Positions 1 through 10,506 of a stretch of 64,000 nt of DNA are shown here, piece by piece. The stretch's first letter is position 1; every line of letters starts with the position of its first letter. The stretch is from the NCBI GenBank assembly GCA_963734495.1, contig CAVTHK010000013.1, positions 160,001 to 224,000 of the forward strand. The letters are read 5' to 3'. The stretch comes from an uncultured Spirochaetota bacterium (GTDB lineage Bacteria; Spirochaetota; Spirochaetia; SZUA-6; CAVTHK01). Under the pieces are notes generated by a model that was given only the letters and a program-made list of their open reading frames with translations, did not search any database and was not told the origin of the DNA. A program made the translations under genes and the position numbers.

Positions 1-370
1 CGCAGCGCACGCCGCCCGCGTCGGCGGAGACCGCGCGCCAGCGGTAGCCGGCCAGGTGTCGATCGCATAACGCGTCGAGCACCGACCCGTTCTCCAGCTC
101 CTGCAGCGCCACGATGTCGGGCCCGCCCGGACACGCGCGGCGGATCACCGTGGCGACGGCTGCGAGCTTCCGCTCGTAGAGCGCGGCGTTCCAGCGGCCC
201 CGGCCCGGGTCGTACTCGCGGTACTCGTTGCCCGCGTCCTCGGCATCGAAAAGGTTGAAGGTATTCCAGGTGAGAAGCGTCACCGGCCGGACGCCCGCCG
301 AGGACAGCGGGCCATGGCACCCGGCGCAGGCGAGCGCGAGAGCGGCGGCTGCCGGGACTCCGGCCTTCAC
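1..370 (-). CDS. Endonuclease/exonuclease/phosphatase (EEP) family lipoprotein, 5' part only (runs off the window)
   Basis: Translated by hand from GTG at 370, overlapping the purC stop: MKAGVPAAAALALACAGC (lipobox-like), then VTLLTWNTFNLFD and PDIVALQELEN, typical EEP motifs. Confidence 0.8.
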   Translation of the reverse strand, partial: MKAGVPAAAALALACAGCHGPLSSAGVRPVTLLTWNTFNLFDAEDAGNEYREYDPGRGRWNAALYERKLAAVATVIRRACPGGPDIVALQELENGSVLDALCDRHLAGYRWRAVSADAGGVRC

Positions 371-1326
371 CGCCGGCGGGCGAGCCACGCGCGCAGCGCT
401 GCGGCCTCTTCGTCCACCGATCCCGCCGCGGGAACGAAGCGTTCGCCGGTGACGGCCTCGAACGCCTCGACGTACCGGTACGCGGTCTCGACGCGCACCT
501 CGTCGGGGATCGCCGGCGGCTCGCCCGTGCCCATGAACCCGCGCTCCATCAGCCAGCGCCTCAGGTACTCCTTGTCGAGCTGCCGCTGCGGCTCCCCGCG
601 GCTGAAGCGCGCGTCGTAGTCCGCCGCGTACCAGAAACGGCTCGAGTCGGGGGTGTGCACCTCGTCTATCAACAGGAGCGCGTCGCCGTCGACGCCGAAC
701 TCGTACTTCGTGTCGACCAGGATGAGGCCGCGCGAGGCGAGCAGCTTCGACCCCCGCTCGAAGAGCGCGAGCGCCGCTTCCTCGACGCGGCGCCAGAGCG
801 GCTCGGGCACCCGGCCCTCGGCGATGATCTCGGCGCGCGAGATCGGCCGGTCGTGCGCGCCCTGCTCCTCCTTGGTCGAAGGCGTCAGGATCGGCCGCTC
901 GAAGCGCTGGTTCTCGCGCATCCCGGCCGGGAGGCGTATGCCGGAGACGGAGCCCGAGCCCTCGTAGTCGCGCCACGCGCTGCCGGTGAGGTAGCCGCGG
1001 ACGACCACCTCGATCGGGATGACGCGGCACTTGCGCGCGAGCATCGAGCGCGGGGACGGACGGCCCGCGACGTGGTTGGGGATGATGTCGCGGGTCTGGT
1101 CGAACCAGAACAGCGAGATGCGGTTGAGCACCTCGCCCTTGCACGGGAGCGTCGTGAGCACCCGGTCGAAGGCCGACACGCGGTCGCTCACGAGGATGAG
1201 CAGCCCGTCGCCGAGGTCCCAGATGTCGCGGACCTTGCCGCGCCTGTGCCCGGCGCCCTGCACGAGCCCGGGGTCGGGCGTGTGCAGGGTGCGGCCGAGG
1301 TGGCGGGCGAGCTCCGCGCGCTCCAT
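367..1326 (-). CDS. purC: SAICAR synthetase
   Basis: GKVRD, SDRVSAFD, ILTPSTK, LVDTKYEFG and DEVHTPDSSRFW motifs. Confidence 0.97.
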   Translation of the reverse strand: MERAELARHLGRTLHTPDPGLVQGAGHRRGKVRDIWDLGDGLLILVSDRVSAFDRVLTTLPCKGEVLNRISLFWFDQTRDIIPNHVAGRPSPRSMLARKCRVIPIEVVVRGYLTGSAWRDYEGSGSVSGIRLPAGMRENQRFERPILTPSTKEEQGAHDRPISRAEIIAEGRVPEPLWRRVEEAALALFERGSKLLASRGLILVDTKYEFGVDGDALLLIDEVHTPDSSRFWYAADYDARFSRGEPQRQLDKEYLRRWLMERGFMGTGEPPAIPDEVRVETAYRYVEAFEAVTGERFVPAAGSVDEEAAALRAWLARRR

Positions 1327-1327
1327 G

Positions 1328-1936
1328 CTACAGCTCCGCGCCCTGTTTGATGACGCGCGAGAGCAGGCCGTACTGCGTCGCCTCCTCGGCGTTCATCCAG
1401 TAGTCGCGGTCGGTGTCCTTGGCCACCTTGTCGAGCTTCTGCCCCGTCTGGTCGGCGATGAGCCGGTTGATCTTGTCGCGCAGCTTTTCGAGCTCGCGCG
1501 CATGGATCTCGATGTCCGTGGCGACGCCCCTCATTCCGCTCAGCGGCTGGTGGATCAGGTAGTGCGAGTTCGGGAGCCCCACGCGATCCTCCCTGGGCGC
1601 GGCGAGCAGCACGATGGCGGCGGCCGACGCGACGAGCCCCATCCCGATCACGATCACCCTGGGCTTGATAAAGCGCACCATGTCGAAGATCGCGAACCCC
1701 GCATCCGCGTCCCCTCCGGGGGAGTCGACGAAAATCTTGATCGGGTCGCCGCCCGCGTCCTCGAGCAGGATGAGCTGCCTCACGATGCGCTCCGCGAGAG
1801 GCTTGTTGATCTCGCCGGACAGCAGGACCGTCCGGGTCTTGAGGGCCCTCTGAATGAGAAAATCAGGAGACCGTTCCTCGTGCTTTTCTTCCTGTTCCTC
1901 GGGCTCCTGGAACCGGCCCAGATACAGTGGTTTCAT
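1328..1936 (-). CDS. clpP: ATP-dependent Clp protease proteolytic subunit
   Basis: DSPGG, catalytic Ser in GLVASAA, IHQP, DTDRDYWMNAEEA; start taken at ATG 1936. Confidence 0.95.
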   Translation of the reverse strand: MKPLYLGRFQEPEEQEEKHEERSPDFLIQRALKTRTVLLSGEINKPLAERIVRQLILLEDAGGDPIKIFVDSPGGDADAGFAIFDMVRFIKPRVIVIGMGLVASAAAIVLLAAPREDRVGLPNSHYLIHQPLSGMRGVATDIEIHARELEKLRDKINRLIADQTGQKLDKVAKDTDRDYWMNAEEATQYGLLSRVIKQGAEL

Positions 1937-1942
1937 GCGGCC

Positions 1943-1971
1943 AATATACCGAGACCCGCTGGTGAATGCAA
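1943..1971 (-). promoter_or_regulatory. Sigma70-type promoter for clpP, leaderless geometry
   Basis: TTGCAT-17 bp-TATATT, then 6 nt to the ATG, no SD. Confidence 0.6.
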
Positions 1972-2061
1972 CGCGCGGAGCGCCCGCCGCGAGTCGCCGG
2001 CTGCGCCGGCCCGCGCAGCCGGGTTCCTCGAGTGCGGCCGCTGCGTATATAATGAGGCGCA

Positions 2062-2973
2062 ATGAACGCCGACATCGCGATCATCGGTGGGACAGGCCTG
2101 GAGGCGATCGGCGGGGCGCGCCTGCTTGACGAGCGGCGGATCACGACGCCGTTCGGTCCGCCGTCCGACGCCGTCGCGCTCTGGGAGATTGCGGCGCCGG
2201 GCGACGCCGCGCGGCCGGGCGCGCGCCGGCTCGTGGCGTTTCTCGCGCGCCACGGCCGCTCGCACGACCTGCTGCCGTCGGAGGTGCCGTCCCGCGCCAA
2301 CATCTGGGCGCTCAAGTCCCTCGGCGTCCGGCAGATTCTCGCCTTCAGCGCGGTGGGCTCGCTCAGGCAGGACTACAGGCCCGGGGACTTCGTCGTGTGC
2401 GACCAGCTGATCGACCAGACGCGCGGCCGGCCCGGCACGTTCTTCGGCGGAGGCGTGGCGGGCCACGTCGCCTTCGCCCAGCCGTACTGCGAGCGCATCC
2501 GCGCGGCGCTCTCGCAGGTGCTCACCGACGCGGGGGCGCCGTTTCATCCGCGGGGGACCATGGTCGTGATGGAGGGCCCGGCATTCTCGACCCGCGCGGA
2601 GAGCCGGCTCCACCGCTCGCTAGGGGCTGACCTCGTCGGCATGACCACACTCCCGGAGGCGCGGCTCGCCCGCGAGGCCGAGATGTGCTACGCGACGGTC
2701 GCGATGGTGACCGACTACGACTCGTGGAACGAGGAGGAAGCCGCGGTCAGCCAGGAGGGGATCGAGCGGATCATGCGGACGAACAGCGAGCGGGCGCGCG
2801 CGCTGATACCTTCGCTCGTGGACGCGGTCGCGGGCTCGGGCGAGTGCCCGTGCTTCACCGCGGCCCGCGGCGCGATCCTCACGGCGGCGTCCGCGATCCC
2901 CGCCGAAGCCAGGCGCAGGCTCGACCTCCTCTACGGCAAGTACTGGAACCCGAGCGAGGAGGCCGGCCGGTGA
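2062..2973 (+). CDS. mtnP: S-methyl-5'-thioadenosine phosphorylase
   Basis: IIGGTG, ARHG, ANIWALK, MEGPAFSTRAES, GMT, VTDYD motifs. Confidence 0.93.
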   Translation: MNADIAIIGGTGLEAIGGARLLDERRITTPFGPPSDAVALWEIAAPGDAARPGARRLVAFLARHGRSHDLLPSEVPSRANIWALKSLGVRQILAFSAVGSLRQDYRPGDFVVCDQLIDQTRGRPGTFFGGGVAGHVAFAQPYCERIRAALSQVLTDAGAPFHPRGTMVVMEGPAFSTRAESRLHRSLGADLVGMTTLPEARLAREAEMCYATVAMVTDYDSWNEEEAAVSQEGIERIMRTNSERARALIPSLVDAVAGSGECPCFTAARGAILTAASAIPAEARRRLDLLYGKYWNPSEEAGR

Positions 2974-3842
2974 TCGCCCGCAGGTTCGGGACGGTCGCCG
3001 TCGTCGGCCGCCCTTCGGCCGGCAAGTCGAGCCTCGTCAACCGCCTCTGCGGAGGCAAAGTCTCCATCGTTTCCAGCGTGCCGCAGACGACCCGCAACCG
3101 GGTGCGCGGGATCGTGACCACCGAGCGGGGCCAGCTCGTCCTCATCGATACTCCTGGCCTCCACGACTCGGAGAAGAAGCTCAACGTTCATCTCAAGGGG
3201 CTGGTCACATCCTCCCTCGGGGAGGTCGACATCGTCCTGTACGTCGTGGACGTCTCGCGCCGGCCGGGCGACGAAGAACGCGTGATCGCCGAGATCGTCG
3301 TCTCGCTGAGCGGGCCCAAGGTCGTGGTCTTGAACAAGACCGATCTCGCCTCGAGTCACCGCTCCGAAGCGGAAGCGTTCCTCTCGGAGCGCGGCCTGCA
3401 GGGGATGCCGGTCTCCGCGCTCACCGGCGACGGCGTCGACGGCTTGCGCGAGCGTCTGCTCGACCTCTCCCCGGAGGGCGACCCCCAGTACCCCGAGGAC
3501 TACTACACCGACCAGGACGTCGAGTTCCGCATCGCCGAGATCATCAGGGAGAAGGCGATCCAGCAGGTCCGCGAAGAGGTCCCGCACGCGCTCTACGTCG
3601 AGATGGCCGACACGGAGATGCAGGGCGAGGCGCTGTGGGTGCGCGCCTTCGTGTGCGTCGAACGGGAGTCGCAGAAGGGCATCCTCATCGGCAAGGGGGC
3701 GAGCCGCATCCGTGCGATACGGCTCGAGGCGGAACGCGAGCTCGCCGACATCTTCCCCTACCCGGTCAAGCTCGACCTTCAGGTCAAGGTCCGCGCGAAC
3801 TGGCGCCATCGCGACGAGCTGCTGCGGCGTCTCATCCAGTAG
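2970..3842 (+). CDS. era: GTPase Era
   Basis: [22 protein letters not shown]-domain GILIGKG; GTG start overlaps the mtnP stop. Confidence 0.96.
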   Translation: MIARRFGTVAVVGRPSAGKSSLVNRLCGGKVSIVSSVPQTTRNRVRGIVTTERGQLVLIDTPGLHDSEKKLNVHLKGLVTSSLGEVDIVLYVVDVSRRPGDEERVIAEIVVSLSGPKVVVLNKTDLASSHRSEAEAFLSERGLQGMPVSALTGDGVDGLRERLLDLSPEGDPQYPEDYYTDQDVEFRIAEIIREKAIQQVREEVPHALYVEMADTEMQGEALWVRAFVCVERESQKGILIGKGASRIRAIRLEAERELADIFPYPVKLDLQVKVRANWRHRDELLRRLIQ

Positions 3843-3867
3843 ACGGCGGTCTCCGATAGTCTTGGGT

Positions 3868-4488
3868 GTGAAACGGTTGGCCGCCGCCGCGATGATGCTC
3901 TGCGCCCTCAGCCTCCGCGCGGAGGAAGGTCTCGCCTCCTGGTACGCCGGGAAATTCCAGGGTCGAAGGACTGCCAGCGGCGAGATCTTCGACACGCGGC
4001 TGATGACGGCTGCGCACAAGACGCTCGCGTTCGGGACCCTCGTCCGGGTGCGCAACCTGGACAACGGCCGCGAGGTCGTGGTCCGCGTCAACGACCGCGG
4101 CCCCTTCGTCAAGGGAAGGATCATCGATCTTTCCCGAGCGGCGGCCGAGGCGATCGGGATGACGGGCAGCGGCGTGACGCGGGTCAGCGTCGAAGTCGTC
4201 GGCGCGCCCGGGGCGGCCGCCGGCGCTGCGCCAGGCGCCACGCCGGGTGCCGCTTCGGGCGCGTCCGGGCGGTACACGGTTCAGGTGGCGGCGTTCTCGC
4301 AGGCGGGGAATGCTGAGCGGGCTGTGGCGCGCCTCGCAGCCGAGGGCCTGCGGGCCTCCGCGGAGCGGGGGCAGGACGGGATTCACCGCGTGCGCGTCAC
4401 GGGCGTTCCCGCGTCGGACCTCTCGCGGGTGCGCGACGCCGCCGCCCGGGCGGGTTTCCCAGCGGCCCTCGCGGTCCCTGAGTCCTGA
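3868..4488 (+). CDS. rlpA: Septal ring lytic transglycosylase RlpA family protein with SPOR domain
   Basis: [26 protein letters not shown]-terminal [13 protein letters not shown] motif. Confidence 0.9.
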   Translation: MKRLAAAAMMLCALSLRAEEGLASWYAGKFQGRRTASGEIFDTRLMTAAHKTLAFGTLVRVRNLDNGREVVVRVNDRGPFVKGRIIDLSRAAAEAIGMTGSGVTRVSVEVVGAPGAAAGAAPGATPGAASGASGRYTVQVAAFSQAGNAERAVARLAAEGLRASAERGQDGIHRVRVTGVPASDLSRVRDAAARAGFPAALAVPES

Positions 4489-4563
4489 CCGCGGCCGTCT
4501 CTTCTCCATCGTCCCCGACCGGTGATACCATCAGCCTTCGATTCCGCACGCAGGAGATGACCC

Positions 4564-5163
4564 ATGGCATTCACACTCGAGCTCGGCAAGAAGGCGCCCG
4601 ATTTCGATCTGCCCGCGACCGACGGCAGGACGTACGACCTCGCAGACTTCGGGGACGCCGACGTCCTCGTCGTGTTCTTTACATGCAACCACTGCCCGTA
4701 CGTCATGGGTTCGGACGAGGTTACGCGCAGGACCGCGGAGAAGTTCCGGCGGAGGGGCGTCGTCTTCGTCGGGATCAACGCAAACGAAACGGACAACCAC
4801 CCGGCGGATGATTTCGCCAACATGAAGAAGCGCATGGCCGAGCAGAAGTTCCCCTGGGTCTACCTCCGCGACGAGGACCAGAGCGCGGCCAGGGCGTACG
4901 GCGCGCTCCGCACGCCGCACTTCTTCGTGCTCGACAAACAGCGCCGACTCGTGTACACGGGCCGCGGCGTGGACAATCCCAAGGACACCGCCCACATGAC
5001 GGTGAACGACCTGCAGAACGCGCTCGAGGACGTCACGTCCATCAGGCCGGTCCGCGTTCCGTTGACGAACCCCCTCGGCTGCAACGTCAAGTGGAAGAAC
5101 CGCGAGGAGCACTGGATGCCCGCTGACGCCTGCGACCTCGTTCCGCGGGCCGCGGCGAAGTAG
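4564..5163 (+). CDS. Thioredoxin-fold AhpC/TSA-like protein
   Basis: [28 protein letters not shown]. Confidence 0.9.
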   Translation: MAFTLELGKKAPDFDLPATDGRTYDLADFGDADVLVVFFTCNHCPYVMGSDEVTRRTAEKFRRRGVVFVGINANETDNHPADDFANMKKRMAEQKFPWVYLRDEDQSAARAYGALRTPHFFVLDKQRRLVYTGRGVDNPKDTAHMTVNDLQNALEDVTSIRPVRVPLTNPLGCNVKWKNREEHWMPADACDLVPRAAAK

Positions 5164-5166
5164 GCT

Positions 5167-5761
5167 TCAGCGCCCGAGGTCCGCCAGCAGGGGCGCCATG
5201 CGCGCCGCGGCCCGGCCGCGGTGGGAGATGCGGTCCTTCTCGCCGTCCGCGAGCTGCGCCACGGTCATCTTCCGATCGGGCAGGTAGAACAGCGGGTCGT
5301 AGCCGAAGCCGCCCGAGCCCGCGGGCGCGTGGGCGATCACGCCTTCGAACGGTCTCCTGGACCGCGACAAAGCGATAGTCCGCCATCACCAGCACGAGGC
5401 AGCAGACGAAGAAGGCCCTGCGATCGGTGACGGCGCGCATGCGCTCGAGCAGGTACCGGTTGCGGTCCGCGTCGGCCAGCTTCGGCCCGCCCGGCGACGA
5501 GCCGTAGCGGGCGGAGTAGACGCCGGGCTCGCCGTCGAGCGCGGCGACCGAGAGGCCCGAGTCGTCGGCCATCACCGGGCGGCCCACCCGCCGGAACAGC
5601 GCCATCGCCTTGCCATAAGCGTTGTCGAGGTAGGTGGCGCCGGACTCTTCGTGGTCCAGCGCGATCCCCAGGTCGGCGGGCAGAACGATCTCGTGCGAGC
5701 CGAACAGCCGGCGGAACTCCACGGCCTTGTGACTGTTCTCCGTTGCGAGCACGATCTTCAC
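5167..5761 (-). CDS. rdgB: Non-canonical purine NTP pyrophosphatase (RdgB/HAM1), apparent frameshift near 5355
   Basis: ATENSHK, DDSGL, PGVYSARY in one frame; GFGYDPLF and ISHRGRA in another frame. Confidence 0.9.
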
Positions 5762-5765
5762 GGCG

Positions 5766-6618
5766 TCAAGCATAGCGGATCGAGTCCGGTCGCGGAAGCC
5801 CGGAGGCGCCGCGGAGGGCCGCGCGCAGGCACGTGTCTACGGTGCCCCGCGGCATCCCCAGCTCGGCGGCGATCCGCCGGTGCGTCGGCTCGAGCGGCAC
5901 CCGCCCGATGAGGCGGCACGCGCGGCGCCAGCCCGCGGCCTCGCGCGCGACCTGCCGGTCCAGCCGCTGCCGCTCCTGCGGGTCCGCGGCAAAGGCGCGC
6001 CGCTCCTGCAGCAGCCGCATGCGGGCGTACGCAGCGTCGCGCCTCGCCCGCAGCCGCTCGAGCCGCCTGAGCCGCGGCGCGAGGGCGCCGCGGAGCGTCG
6101 CCGCGACTCCCGCGAGCCACGCCGCGCTCACGCGCGCCATCTTCGCGGCGCGCTCCAGGCGCGCATCGTCCAGCCGCCAGCAGCTGCGGAGGACCAGCAG
6201 GAGGAAGCGCTTGCGGTCCGCCCGACCGCCGAGCTGCGGCACGAGGGGCAGGGCGCCGGTCTCGCCGCTCCCCGCGACCGCCGGACGCTTCCGGCCACAG
6301 CTCCGGCAGCCGGCCGGCCTGCCACCTGAGCTCCGCCGAGCGCGCCCGCCTGCGATAGCTGCGCATGTTCCAGGCCAGGACCGAGTTGAGGTAGTGCTCA
6401 AAGGGAACGCCCGCATCGCGGTAGCGGTCGATCAGCCGCTCGAGGCGCGGGTACATGAAGAGGAGGAACTCCCCCGGCTCGTCCTCGCTCGCGCCGCGGC
6501 GTCCGCGGGCAAAGCGGTAGGCGCGCTCCGCGAGCTCGGCGAGCACGCGGTCGCGGGCCTGACCGCTGCGGGTGCAGCGGAGCACGTCTTCCTTCAACTT
6601 GTCGTCCCCGTCTTCCAT
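5766..6618 (-). CDS. Putative sigma-70/ECF-like factor, apparent frameshift near 6285
   Basis: N-terminal region-2-like segment (FLLFMYPRLERLIDRY...FEHYL) and C-terminal HTH (PTHRRIAAELGMPRGTVDTCL) in two frames. Confidence 0.5.
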
Positions 6619-6846
6619 TTCTTCCTCCTCGACGGGGCACGGGAACTGCAAGGGGCGTGCCTGAAAGCGCGCCTTCGCGGGCCGCCGAGAGCCGCGGGAT
6701 TACGCTCGTTTACGCCGGGTGTCCGCGGCGCGCGGCACTCAGGACGGTGTCGATTCCAGCCTCTCGCGGTGTTCAGAGAGTGTGTCGCTCCGCGGGCGGC
6801 CGCCCGTGGCGTCGGCGGCGCGAGGGCACCACTCCCCCGGAGGGCC

Positions 6847-6898
6847 TTGCCGCGCTGCCCCTCGGCGGCTATAGTGTTACCGATCGTTCGGTCACACT
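6847..6898 (+). promoter_or_regulatory. Promoter plus TetR-type operator palindrome of the efflux operon
   Basis: TTGCCG-17-TATAGT (6847-6875); inverted repeat AGTGTTACCGA-tcgt-TCGGTCACACT (6873-6898, 1 mismatch). Confidence 0.65.
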
Positions 6899-6928
6899 TT
6901 AACAAAAAGGAAAAGGGGGAAAAGGGGG

Positions 6929-8164
6929 ATGCCTCACGTACGCCCGCGGCAGCGGGCTGCACGCAGAGAGCAGATCGTTGCCGGCGCGTTCGAGACCTGG
7001 GGCCGCAGCGTCTTCTACCATACGCGGCTCGACGACGTCGCCGCCAGCCTCCACATGACCAAGCCCGCCCTCTACCGCTATTTCCGCGGCAAGGGCGAGC
7101 TCGTCGAGGCGATGGAAGAGCTGTTCGTCGCGGAGTACGCCGCGATGGGAACGCGCTTCGCCGCCGCGGCGGCCGCGGTCGACCCCGTCGAAGCCGTCGA
7201 CCTGTTCGTCCGCGAGCGCGTCCGTTTTTTCGGAAGGCACCTCCCGTACTACTACTTCATGATCCACCACATGGGGACGCGCCGCGACAGCGCGCTGCTT
7301 CGGGAGCTCGCCGCGCAGCTGGCCGTCCTCGCCTCCGCGATCGCGCGGGTGCCCGGCATTCACGACCCTGACGCGGCCGCGAGCTACATCCGGACGACCT
7401 TCTCCTTCTTTCTCATGAGGCCCGCCCTCAAGGACCACGCCCCGCGCCCGCGCAGGCTGAGCGAGCCGGAGCTGGAAGAGCTCGTGTCGCTCGTGAGCGC
7501 GATCTGCGCCCGGGGCTACGGGGTCGCGGGCGCCGACCTGCGCGAGGCGCGCATGCAGGAGATCGAGACGACCTGCGCCGTGGCTCCCTCGGACCTCCCC
7601 GCGGAGGACCCGATCCTCCGTGCCGTCGCGCAGACCGTGGCGGAGCACGGCTTTGCCGAGGCCTCGGTCGAGCGGATCGCGCGGCGCGCGGGGCTCACCA
7701 AGAGCACGCTCTACTTCCACTTCCGCGACCGCGACGACATGTTCTCGCGCCTCATCGGGCGCCACAACGACAGGCTGCGCGAGATCTTCGTTGCGAGGTC
7801 CGCGCCCTACGCCAGCCCCTGCGAACGCCTCTACGGCTTCCTGGTGGTGCTCGCCTCCTACTTCCGCAACGCGCGGGAAATCCCGGCCGTGATGAACTGG
7901 TTCAGGTACCACGGCTACCAGATCCATGTCAGCCACCCCGACGAGGCGACGCTCGCGGGCTGGTTCGATTTTCTCGCGGACGCGGTGCGCGACGGCGTCC
8001 TCGCGAGCCGCGGGATGCCGGTCGCGCACATCGGCGGGCACCTGAGCTTTGTCGTCGTCAATCACATGATGATGGCCGAGAGGGCCGGGGATGACGCGTG
8101 CATCGCCGACCTCCGCCAGATCTACGATTTGTTCATCCACGGTTACAAAGGAGCGAACCCATGA
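6929..8164 (+). CDS. Tandem (double) TetR/AcrR family regulator
   Basis: Two HTH motifs: LDDVAASLHMTKPALYRYF and VERIARRAGLTKSTLYFHF. Confidence 0.9.
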   Translation: MPHVRPRQRAARREQIVAGAFETWGRSVFYHTRLDDVAASLHMTKPALYRYFRGKGELVEAMEELFVAEYAAMGTRFAAAAAAVDPVEAVDLFVRERVRFFGRHLPYYYFMIHHMGTRRDSALLRELAAQLAVLASAIARVPGIHDPDAAASYIRTTFSFFLMRPALKDHAPRPRRLSEPELEELVSLVSAICARGYGVAGADLREARMQEIETTCAVAPSDLPAEDPILRAVAQTVAEHGFAEASVERIARRAGLTKSTLYFHFRDRDDMFSRLIGRHNDRLREIFVARSAPYASPCERLYGFLVVLASYFRNAREIPAVMNWFRYHGYQIHVSHPDEATLAGWFDFLADAVRDGVLASRGMPVAHIGGHLSFVVVNHMMMAERAGDDACIADLRQIYDLFIHGYKGANP

Positions 8165-9477
8165 GCATCCGCACACTGGCGGCAGCGGCCGCCCTCCTCG
8201 CCCTGGCTGCCGCCGCTCTCCCCGCGGAGCGCGTGACGGTCGACCGGGCCGTCGAGCTTGCCGTCGCCAACAACCTCGGGCTCGCATCGGAGCGCGTGGG
8301 CCTCGAGGCGAGGAAGCTCGTGCGCGACACGGCCTGGAACCGGTTCATCCCGAACGTCACCGCGGGCACCAGCCTCTTGCGGCGCAACGAGGGAACCGAC
8401 TGGCTGGCGCCCGGCGCCCCGCGCTGGGCCTTCGGGGTGAGCCTGAGCGCGACGCTGCCGCTCAGCATCGCCCTCCGGGACGGCATCGAGGCGACGGTGA
8501 TCGACTACCAGGCCGGGCGCCTGAGCCTCGAGACCGCGGAGAAGCAGATCTCCCGTGACGTGCGCAAGGGCTTCTACAGCCTTCTGCTGATCCAGAAGAA
8601 CATCGAGCTGATGCAGCAGAGCATCGACAACGCCGACAAGCGCTATGCGCAGGCCAAGGCCAACTACCAGGCGGGCCTCGTCCCCGAGTACGACATGCTG
8701 AGCGCGGAGGTCGCGCTCAAGAACCTCCGACCGCCGCTGGAGGACCTGCGCAACTCCTACGAGGCGGCACTGGGGGGGTTTCGCCTGACACTGGGCGTCG
8801 ACCGCAAGGCACCGATCGAGCTCGACGGATCGATCGAGATCGCCCCGTCGACGTTCGACGCGACGAACCTGATCGACACCCGGGTCGCGCACAGGCTGGA
8901 CATCCAGAGCCTCGACCTGGCCCTGGTCGGCCTGCGCAACGGGCGCCAGGCGGCGTTCTACCAGCAGATGACTCCGACCCTCGCGCTGTCGTTCCTCGTC
9001 GATCCCACCTACAACAGGGACCCGTTCAGCGGCGACCTGTCCGGCGGGGAATGGCAGCAGAGGCAGGGCTCGTTCGTCATATCGCTCACGATGCCGCTCG
9101 ACCCGCTCGCTCCCCATTCGGTCACGCGAGTCGGGCTCGCGAAGGTCGACAGCCAGATCAGGCAGACGGAGCTGGCCCGGGAACAGGCGCTGCGGGGCGC
9201 GGCGCTCGAGATCGAAACCCTCGTGCGCAGCCTGGACAAGGACCGGACGTCGGTCGAAACGCTCGAGGGCAACGTCGATCTCGCCGACAGGGCTTTCCGT
9301 CTCGCCCAGGAGGCGTACAACGCCGGCGGCCGCTCCCTGCTCGAAGTCCAGAACGCGGAGCTCGAGCTCAACACGGCTCGCGTCGAAGTCCTCAAGGCCA
9401 AGTACGGCTACATTACCGGCCTGCTCGACCTGGAATACGCGGTGAACATGACCCTGAGAGAGGGAGGACAGAAATGA
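8161..9477 (+). CDS. TolC family outer membrane efflux protein
   Basis: Signal peptide, AVELAVANN, coiled-coil repeats ending YQAG/YNAGGRSLLEV; operon context. Confidence 0.9.
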   Translation: MSIRTLAAAAALLALAAAALPAERVTVDRAVELAVANNLGLASERVGLEARKLVRDTAWNRFIPNVTAGTSLLRRNEGTDWLAPGAPRWAFGVSLSATLPLSIALRDGIEATVIDYQAGRLSLETAEKQISRDVRKGFYSLLLIQKNIELMQQSIDNADKRYAQAKANYQAGLVPEYDMLSAEVALKNLRPPLEDLRNSYEAALGGFRLTLGVDRKAPIELDGSIEIAPSTFDATNLIDTRVAHRLDIQSLDLALVGLRNGRQAAFYQQMTPTLALSFLVDPTYNRDPFSGDLSGGEWQQRQGSFVISLTMPLDPLAPHSVTRVGLAKVDSQIRQTELAREQALRGAALEIETLVRSLDKDRTSVETLEGNVDLADRAFRLAQEAYNAGGRSLLEVQNAELELNTARVEVLKAKYGYITGLLDLEYAVNMTLREGGQK

Positions 9478-10442
9478 AGATCACGCTGAAGGCGCCCGTG
9501 CGCCTTTTTGCCGCCGCAGCCCGGATGGCCTCGATCGTTCTGGCGGCCGGCCTGCTCGCGTCCTGCGGGGCTTCGGCCGGGGGCGGCGCCGCAAAGGCGA
9601 CCGCCGCGGCCAAGCCGGCCGAGACCGTGTTCGCCGTCGACACGACGACGGCGACCGCCGGAGAGATCCTCGATTACCTCCTGATCAACGGCGAGGTCGT
9701 CACGCGCACGAGCGTGGACGTGTACCCCGAGACGGCAGGGAAGCTCTCGCGCCTGCCGGTTCGACTGGGCGAGTATGTCGCGAGGGACCAGGTCGTCGCC
9801 GAGGTCGACCCGTCGCGGCCCGGCATGAACTTCGTGCCGAGCCCCGTCAAGAGCCCGATCGCGGGCACGATCATCGCGCTTCCCGTGCAGGAGGGGGCTA
9901 CAGTCACCGCCGCGGTCCCGGTCGCGCGGATCGGCCGGCTCGACGAGCTCGAGGTGCGCTCGCGCGTCGCCGAACGCTTCATCTCGAAGATCCGGCCGGG
10001 CCTCGAGGGCGTGCTGCGCTTCGACGCATACCCGGCGGACCGTTTCCGGGCCGTCGTCGCGGAGCTGAGCCCGGTCGTGGACCCGCAGTCCCGCACCCTC
10101 GACGTGCGCCTGAGGCTCGTGACGCCCGACCGCAGGATCAAGGCCGGCATGTTCGGCTCGGTCAAGATCGTGACCGAGCGCAGACAGGGAATCGTCAAGG
10201 TTCCGTCGGACGTGGTGGTGCAGCGCTTCGGCGTCGCCTACGTCTTCGTGGTCAAGGGCGACGTCGCGGAACGGCGCAAGGTCAACGCGGGCCTTCAGAT
10301 CGACAACGGGGTGGAGATCACCGAAGGGCTCGCCGCCGGAGAAGAGATCGTGCTGCGCGGGCAGACCCTGCTGGAAGACAAGTCAAAGGTCCGCGTCGTC
10401 GACCGCTACCCCGGCCTGCCTGCCGAGCACGTGATCGAGTAG
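9474..10442 (+). CDS. RND efflux periplasmic adaptor (MFP) lipoprotein
   Basis: LLASC lipobox, VKSPIAG, SPVVDPQSRT, EITEGLAAGEEIV. Confidence 0.92.
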   Translation: MKITLKAPVRLFAAAARMASIVLAAGLLASCGASAGGGAAKATAAAKPAETVFAVDTTTATAGEILDYLLINGEVVTRTSVDVYPETAGKLSRLPVRLGEYVARDQVVAEVDPSRPGMNFVPSPVKSPIAGTIIALPVQEGATVTAAVPVARIGRLDELEVRSRVAERFISKIRPGLEGVLRFDAYPADRFRAVVAELSPVVDPQSRTLDVRLRLVTPDRRIKAGMFGSVKIVTERRQGIVKVPSDVVVQRFGVAYVFVVKGDVAERRKVNAGLQIDNGVEITEGLAAGEEIVLRGQTLLEDKSKVRVVDRYPGLPAEHVIE

Positions 10443-10506
10443 CCCTCGGCGCGGGCTCGAGGGAGATGGCCGCGGGACCGCGGCCGCGAAGGCCAAGGAG
10501 ACCCTT

